Source of the DNA: Tubulanus polymorphus
Taxonomy: Eukaryota > Animalia > Nemertea
Assembly: GCF_964204645.1 (NCBI RefSeq)
Contig: NC_134025.1
Coordinates: 7,750,001 to 7,814,000, forward strand
Direction: 5' to 3'
DNA: 64,000 bases
A model generated the notes under the pieces. It was not told where the DNA came from and made no database searches. It saw nothing but the letters and a program-made list of their open reading frames with translations. Every line of letters starts with the position of its first letter. Position 1 is the first letter of the stretch. This document shows, piece by piece, positions 56,206 through 64,000 of the stretch. Both the position numbers and the translations under genes were made by a program.

Positions 56206-59126
56206 ATGGCTGAGGGCGGTGTGTTGTTTTTTACGTGTGATATCTGCGGTCAAGAAGGATTATCAGAGAACGACATGAAAACGCATGTACTTATCGAGCA
56301 TGTTGAAGGTGCTATCACTTGTCCTTTCTGTGACATAGAAGGGAGCACTTCGGAAGAAATGAACATGCATATCAATGCTGAACATCTCGATGTTCTGAGC
56401 CCAACAAAAACTGAAATAAACGGACCTCTAGCACCGGCTTTGCCTAACCGAAAAAGTTCTTTTAATCCTAGAAAGAATAGTGGCGATGAAGTTAATGGAA
56501 TGCATGTCGATGACAATAACAGTTTAGATTTGGATCCATCTCCTTCTAGTAGTGAATGTTCATTGGAATTGGTTCACTCGTCATCGAGTAGCTCGCGACT
56601 GTCCGATGAAGAGCAAGTGAAAAAACGTGCTAAATTACGTCTGAACGTCACCATAAATAGTCCACGTAAAACCAAATGCGACACCGTGCAATCTGCATTC
56701 ACTGAAATGCGAAAATCTGCTCGGAAAGATATACAAATTGTAAACGTGCTGGATGAACCGGATGACAACGCGAATAGCGACATGGTTGAGGTTTATTCAT
56801 GTCCGTTGTGCGTGTGGACGACGACGAATGAAGACGAAATCACTCGACACGTTAATGTTCAACATTTAGATCTTTTGAGCCCGGCTCTGAAAAACAATAA
56901 CCGAACGGTTAACGGCGTACGTTACGACAGCGAAAATAACGTTATCGCTGAAGACCCTGATGCCCCTGTGCAGTTTATTTGTCCAATCTGTGGCCTGCTC
57001 GCCGATTGCGCACTGACGTTAGAGGTACATGTAAATACTAAGCATTTAGAAATTCTCAGTCCAGATAGCGCTCAGGTGACTGCTAGTAACTCTATGGTGA
57101 ACCACGAGGAAATGTCTGAAGATGCTGTACACCAGTGCCCTGTATGTGGTATGGAAGATTTTGATCCTTACACTCTCACTACTCATGTCGAAGGTCATTT
57201 TTCAGCGGCTAATACTCCTGGTTAGTAGGTTACATCGATAGCAATAGAACTTGGAATCGAAATTGCCTTAGTTAGATGGCAGGTTAACAATTCAAACCTT
57301 TTTGTAGCTCCAGAAGCTGCTGATAATATTGTTGCGCAAGAATTGGAAAGACGAGAAAAGATGGCAGCACAACATCAAGAACAAAAGGAATTTGATAAAC
57401 TTCAGGTAAATCATTACTGACAATTTGATTTCAATGTTCGTAATAGCTTCCATATTCAGTAGCATCAATAATGATATTATGAATACATTTTTCAGGCAAT
57501 GTATGGTATGGACAATAAAACTGATTTTGTCAAACAGACTGAGAAGAACTTAGAAAGAGCTGTCGTCCGTGGAGACATGTCTATATCTGATTATTATGCC
57601 AAAAAATTGGACATTCAGCAAGCCAACACACTTGGAGTTGATGATGGTCATTCATGCACAAAAGGTATCGCGCTACACGGTAGTGAAGAGGTCAATTCTT
57701 TCACGGAATCATTTCGTTTTGTAAGTCTAAAAAAATTGTCTGAATTCATCTCTGCAGGTATCACTGTCAAGCTTCGGGAATTTTATCAGAACAATAACAG
57801 TGTCCATCAGTGGTGGTTGTGTTCTGATTTGGATCACTATGCATCAACGTACGGAGATAAGGGTTGGGGCTGCGGTTACCGTAATGTACAAATGTTACTC
57901 TCTTCACTGGCTATGCACAGGTCATATCGACTTGTTTTATTTAATGGTGAGTTTTGAATACCTGAAGCCTCCAATTAAAAGTACGACAAAGTTAGAATTT
58001 ATGGAAGCTAATACTTAATGAAATTTAAGTTATTTCCATCGATGCTATTTATTTGCCAAGTTAAATACAATTGATTTATTTGGTACATGTAATTTGCTAT
58101 TCAGGTCGACCAATGATTCCATCCATTCCAAAAATTCAGCGTTTAATCGAAGCTGCCTGGCAAAAAGGCTTCGATCTCCAAGGTTGTGAACAGTTAGGTG
58201 GAAAGGTGGTCGATACAAACAAGTGGATAGGGGCTACAGAAGTTGTTGCTACTCTTGCTTCATTAAAGATCAAGTAAGTGGTAGATCAGTTTAAATAAGC
58301 TGTTCAGGGACAAATGAAATATATATATAGAATTTACACTGAAGTCTGGACCTGTTTGATAGCTAGTGTAGATAACATGGATGATTGAATATATGTATGT
58401 TTCAGGTGTCAACTGGTCGATTTCCACGCCCCAACTAACCAGGATGGCACCCACCCTAGAATGTTCGAATGGGTACGAGATTACTTCAAAATAGCATCAG
58501 ATTTCAAACCACCTCTTTATTTACAACACCATGGTAAGCTGAATTTCGAAATGGTCCGATTTATTTTCAAAAACTGGGCCCCTAAATAGATTTTGCAACA
58601 TTGCAGTTTTGCTGTGATTTTGAGAAGGTCGTAAAGGATTGATTTTTTCGTTCTGACAGGACATAGTCGAACCATCATTGGAGCTGAGCAGGCGCGGGAT
58701 GGGTCGATCAAGTTGCTGATATTTGACCCGATTTATACTCACAAACAAATGCAGCAGTTCATGGGAATGATTAATAACAATATGATGCGAACAATGAGAC
58801 GTAGTTTAAACAGCATGAAAGCGAAACAGTACCAGATTGTAGCTGCACGGGGTATACTCAGCGATACTGAATATGAGGTAAAGGCACAGTCAACTGTTCG
58901 TGATATTCTCGAATGTTTTCATTGCAACAAACATGTACAATATACAGTACATGTACAGAGAAGAGTATGATACGCCTAACTCAGATATACGCATAGTGAC
59001 TAGAAATTATGGTCCCAAATGATCTGACTTACGTGTGTTCAACTGTATACCAGTATCTTAAACTGTCTTTTCATTTTGGCTTTTCAGGAAAGTAAGATTA
59101 TCAAATCAGACCGGATTCCAGCTTAG
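56206..59126 (+). CDS. ZUP1: Zinc finger-containing ubiquitin peptidase 1 (ZUFSP; peptidase C78) (~674 aa, 8 coding exons)
   Basis: Exons 56206-57220, 57308-57405, 57496-57664, 57758-57946, 58105-58273, 58406-58533, 58660-58877, 59088-59126 (2025 nt, phases consistent). N-terminal C2H2 fingers, MIU-like helix (DNIVAQELERREK), catalytic motifs GDKGWGCGYRNVQMLLSSL (Cys), KWIGATEV, PPLYLQHHGHSRTIIG (His), LLIFDP (Asp). Confidence 0.95.
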
Positions 59127-60224
59127 CGAGTATGTTATTATCATTACCATCCTATGAGATGCAATGAGCTGGCATTGAAGATGGTTATATTTCGTTCATG
59201 CTTTTAATATGTTCAGGGATTGAATGAACGACATTCTACAGCCTAAGTGTGTGTACACAGCTACGTTATAAACTGTATATGGTACTGGCAGCAAAGCATA
59301 ATTTATATATACACAACTTGCATTATATTTCTCCGCCTTATCATCATCTAGATTAGTCTGTGTATTGTGCCCGTATTATCGTTATTACTATTGAAATTAT
59401 TGTTATATGCAAATCATATGTAAGCATGCACAATACAAGCACAATTTCGCTAAACAGGGCATTGAGAAATTTTTGTAATGAATGAAATAGTGTTCCCTAG
59501 GTTTGTGCCTCTTAAAGCACTTGCTGCTATTCACTACATTACCTTTGAAGGGTAGCTATTATGAATTTCACAGCTTGGAGGAGTGATACCATTAGTGCAT
59601 GTGTAGCTAGTTTGATGTTTATATTTGAATCTATGAATTCCCTGATATCATAAGTGTAATTAATTGGGTAATAATTATATGTTTAATTAACGCCAAACTG
59701 GGTATTTTACTCAGATCCTGTGCCCTGGTTCGGGTGCCTTTGAGAGTCATATGGTTAATGCATTTGTCTTTTAGATGCTTGATGTTCCTGTACAATCTAA
59801 GTGTTATAAGTATTTTTACATCATTTCTTCAGTGGTTTCAACATCATTGTACAGAAGTATGAGGATATTGGTAGAACTGACCGCTTTATACTTTTAGATA
59901 CATTATGTCGGTATAATGTGCATTTGTGTAAATATTCATGGAATACTCATGAAAGTCTATCTAGTCCGGTCATTAACAATAACGTAAAACAGATCACATA
60001 ATCAATAGACATTATTCTTGAATTGTCTGAAGTCTCTGGATAAATTTTAAGAAAGAAATATACGCTGCTGCCAACATTCATGTACATTTATATATACATA
60101 TATATTTTATATCTTATGTATATTTGACGATCTCTTACCTACTGTGTACTTGCTGAATATAATGGTTTATCCAGTCTTCAGGCTTTCGTGGAATCTTTTC
60201 CAGACAATCGAATGTTCTGTCTTA

Positions 60225-60383
60225 TTTTTTAGGCCACTTGGAGCCAAGACCAAGCGGGCTATTGCATTCAATTTTCCCATCAGGGCCTATCATCACTAGA
60301 AAAATTTGGTTGATTGGAAACAAGATGGCCATCTTATGTTCAGTTAGGTCTGAATTCTTAGGCCTCCAGCTTCTCTATGGTTT
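60225..60383 (+). mobile_element. Degraded Helentron-associated (HINE/DINE-like) element in the ZUP1 3' region
   Basis: Starts in a T run, TTTTTAGGCCACTTGG-AGCCAAGA-CCAAGCGGGCTATTG (5' stem-loop), internal AACAAGATGGCC, ends near AGGCCT..GGTTT; architecture recalled from mollusc HINEs. Confidence 0.4.
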
Positions 60384-61045
60384 GTTATATTACATGTAAT
60401 TTTCATGGCATGTTCTATGATTGTGGCAAGTTTAAAGGTACTGGTAATAGGTTTCTGTATCTGTTCGACAGGGGGCATTGCATATTGAAATTGTCAGATT
60501 ATCGAGCAGTTCAGACCACTTCCCTAGTTGCCTTGGTCGCCCTGGACCCTAAGTTTGAATATACAATACTTTAAGGTGGGGTACATGTATATTACTTACT
60601 AAATGTATATCCTACATATTATGAGTGCATATCTTTAGAAATTATGTAATGCATTAAAGGTCTAGGAAAATCGATAAGACTAAATTTATAAGGAAAAACG
60701 TAATTGACAGTTTATCATGTGTTTACTCTCCAGGATTGACATATATATTATGTGGATTTATGAAGTGGATCAAGAATTAAATTTTCACTGTCAGCGATGT
60801 TTTTGCTTGACCACATTATTTGTCTTCCATTTACTTCCACTTATTGGCACGGTCATGGCTTTTTTATCCATTAGTTGCATTTAAAACGTGTATTTAAGTC
60901 GTAGTGTAACGTTTTTGCATACTCATGCCAGAGGCGCGGCCTTGTCACGTGGTTTCCAAACCAGTTTCCAATTTGTATTTGCATATTATGTAAATGTGTC
61001 AAAATGTTGTTATTGTTTTTAATTATTGATACTATTTTTCACTCG

Positions 61046-61051
61046 AATAAA
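61046..61051 (+). terminator. Candidate polyadenylation signal of ZUP1
   Basis: AATAAA followed by a GT/T-rich tract, ~1.9 kb after the stop. Confidence 0.4.
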
Positions 61052-62801
61052 TTTATTGTTGCTGCTTTATTTTGCCGAGTTTTTTTTATGATACAGCGCG
61101 AGGAATATGTGGGTGGTTCTTTTTTTTATTTTGATCGGAACTGATCTGGTAGACCTCACTCGGAAATGTGTTCAATGTGGATACCCAAATTGGACTCCAA
61201 GTGATTCCGTGTAGACCCTGGTCTATGAAGTAAATGATCGAATTTATTATACACGTATTGTATTGTACATGTTTTTTAGTGGTGAGGCTAATGTACAAGT
61301 AAGCACTTTCAACGCTTTTTAGTGCGGAAAAGGTAATTGCACTTTTTTATTGAATTGCGTCCAATAATAAAATTATTGAACTGCTTATATATCATTTGTC
61401 AAACCATTACAATATAGCCTCCATGGACAGACTGACCCTGTTTTGTAGGCAAAATATCGGACAGAATTAATTTTGGAACTTATTTCAAAAATTTCCTTTA
61501 ATTTTAGTTCTTTGTTGACGAATAATTTCACAAAGCGTGCGTTGGTGGAATCGGCGATTAGTAAATTAGCGATCTCGACTGTCTAGTGTTGCCTCTGCGT
61601 ATAACGATAGCGGAAAAAACATGAACTAACACAATACTCGCTTGCCGCCAATCTTTGAACGGCCGTACTGGACAAACATTTACCGATCGGACCGGATTCC
61701 GAGAAAATTCTCAGACTCCGCAAAAAGTGGAAATTTGATTTATTCTGTATATGAATTGTAATTGATTGAATTGTAATTGATTGAAGAGATTTTTTGGTAA
61801 AAGAAAAATTAAATTACTATGTATCAATAATTTCATCAACGTATTATTAAGCTTTATGAATGAATCTGCTTTCGAAGTCGATTTTCAAGCCTTTTTAGTA
61901 GAACCCGTCCTATGAGGCACCAACAACTATTCTTCCTGATCCTGCAACCCTTACTGTCGCAAGTTTGTTTCGTGAATGCAAACTTGTTTTTCTACGGACA
62001 ATTTCCTTCCTCGTACATCACACTATAATTAGGTGCGCCATGATGTCAGAGCTAGGTATGTATAAGTGATAATGGATCTGGCCATTAGCACGAGCTATTT
62101 CTGCTGATAAGAAAAGAAGAACAAGCAAATGACAATGTCTTTAGATAGCATCTCAGGAAAATTGGCTTTTGAACTTGCTTTGCCTACTAGATGCATCCCC
62201 GTTTTCCCTGGGCTTAATTGCCTGATCCAACTATAAAGCTCAGCCCAACAAACAACGAGGAAACGGAAAGGTTTACTCAGGGAATTATAATACATGTTTT
62301 GTGACTCCAGTTATTTTAGTATTCACTGATTCATTCGTACGTCTAAACGAAAGACGAGAAGAAATATGGTAGACGAGAAATGGATATTTATTAACAAGAT
62401 TATAGAGCCTTATTGAACAGAGAATGAATTAGTATCACGTACGCCTCAGGGCCCGTGAATTAGGCCTAATAATAACAATTTAAAGATACATGTAGTTATC
62501 GCAATCACAACCCTCTTATTTATCTCGAAGCATGTAAACTAACTCGAAAACTCGCTGTGTCCATGGTACAATTTTTCAATAACTCTTTATTACACCGATA
62601 CCCCTTTTCCGGGTCCAGATGTATATAGTGAAATTTATAAACCTTAGAATTAAAACAATCCATCGATACATATAGAAATTTACATCACCATGATATTAAC
62701 ATGATAACAATAAGTATGTAAGTGAAGTCGGCAGCAGGCAGCGAGAGAAGTCACTAGAATTCATTTACGAAGTTCTCAGCTATCGAACTGACAGCAGGGA
62801 T

Positions 62802-63332
62802 CTATTGCAGGTCGTTTTGGGGTTTTACGATTGAATTATGTAATGGTGACGAGATTGACTTTTTATTCGTAATCATCGGAGATTCTGCTACCGCTCGGCT
62901 GCCGTTTCTCGCCGTCGTTTGGAGAACCCTGATATCGTTTTCATCGACGAACATTACTGCGTACAATTTCGGCAAGAACAAACACACATGAACTACGTAT
63001 GAATTTATTATCATTGCCAGTGTCAGATAGACGACTTTCGCTTTTTCTTGAGAAGCCGTGAAAAAAGTCGGAATGAAAACTAACCATAGAATGAGCGTCG
63101 TATATACACTGAAACTGATGAAACGAGATTCGTTGAAGTTTTCGGGCACTTTTCTCGACCTGATCGCGTAGTATGTACACGCAATGATAAGTATTAAGTT
63201 ATAAGATACGCAGATCATTGTTGTCCTCATAGATGTATCACATCCTAGTTCTACTTTTTTCACGGTCAAGATGCGCATGTACAACTTCCGATGAGGCGGT
63301 TCAACGGCAGCTATCAACACACAAACGAATAC
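62802..63332 (-). CDS. Class C GPCR, metabotropic glutamate receptor-like; terminal coding exon (end of TM4 to TM7 and C-tail); rest of gene continues past the right edge
   Basis: Acceptor TTTTTTAG at 63333-63340. Translation has V-E-L-G-C loop, SYNLILIIACTYYAIRSRKVPENFNESRFISFSVYTTLILWLVFIPTFF and LFLPKLYAVMF, hallmark 7tm_3 motifs. Confidence 0.92.
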   Translation of the reverse strand, partial: VFVCVLIAAVEPPHRKLYMRILTVKKVELGCDTSMRTTMICVSYNLILIIACTYYAIRSRKVPENFNESRFISFSVYTTLILWLVFIPTFFTASQEKAKVVYLTLAMIINSYVVHVCLFLPKLYAVMFVDENDIRVLQTTARNGSRAVAESPMITNKKSISSPLHNSIVKPQNDLQ

Positions 63333-64000
63333 CTAAAAAAGAAGAAAACAAGAATTCGGTGAATCTGTGATCTTATAATGCCACTTATCAATGATGTTTT
63401 TACTGGCTTGGTTTCTCAACGCAAATTCCCATTGTCAAATAAAGTTGCCTTTTCAAGTTTCATTTCTTTTTCAAAAATATGATGAAATGATTAGGGAAGC
63501 AGGGAGCTTCAAGGGAACTTCCCTGGGAAGAGTGAAAATAATACTGGTAAGACGTTGGAAAATGTGAGTTTTGGCAAGTCATGAAACGATCTGCGGGAGC
63601 CACCAAAAGTATAAAAATGACATAAACCGGAAACCACGTGCATCGACCATGAAATTAGATCGAGACGTATTGTTTTATGTTGTTGGGGGTTATGTTTGAT
63701 TACTCAGATAATGATATCCATTCCATTCATTCTAGTAGGAGGGCTGCTCAACGAAGACAATAAATAAGCTTCGCGTTTATGGTCAAGAAACTGATCAATT
63801 AATCATCGCCACAAAACAGACGATAAATCGGGTGATTAATGAAACCTTTTGCGTAATCTGGAAAGCGCCGACGACAGAGGATTACACGCCATGATGTGAA
63901 CAAACTACCGATACATAAACCTCGAGCTGAAAACAGGCATTAACTTTTTAGCTGTCGTAGAAAATCAAGGATCAAATTCAGTAATATCAAAGACTTGTTG

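Noticed and set aside
56250-56783. Antisense ORFs over ZUP1 exon 1 (and similar over TNFR and GPCR exons)
   Set aside because: Shadow frames of real coding exons.

Overview
AT-rich animal (invertebrate, probably lophotrochozoan-type) genomic DNA with short GT-AG introns; not prokaryotic, so most entries in the ORF track are noise or exon pieces. The right third is gene-dense. By hand-splicing with phase checks I reconstruct: an 11-exon TNF-receptor-family gene with a divergent death domain (+, 40491-43388), a 13-exon coiled-coil/SAM protein gene (+, 45409-49912), a 3-exon mitochondrial FAM162 gene (-, 54196-54899) head-to-head with an 8-exon ZUP1/ZUFSP deubiquitinase gene (+, 56206-59126), and the last exon of a class C (mGluR-like) GPCR (-, 62802-63332). 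The FAM162-ZUP1-class C GPCR neighbourhood echoes human 6q22 (ZUP1, KPNA5, FAM162B, GPRC6A). The left ~40 kb has no recognisable intact gene. It holds MITEs, a three-copy dispersed repeat, a decayed Academ-like transposon, a long (TA)n, and a series of short minus-strand ATG-to-donor segments mostly ending in phase 0, plus two possible microexons. These may be an alternative-first-exon array of a large gene whose body lies left of the window; this is the most speculative and most interesting signal, and donor density alone is not above chance.
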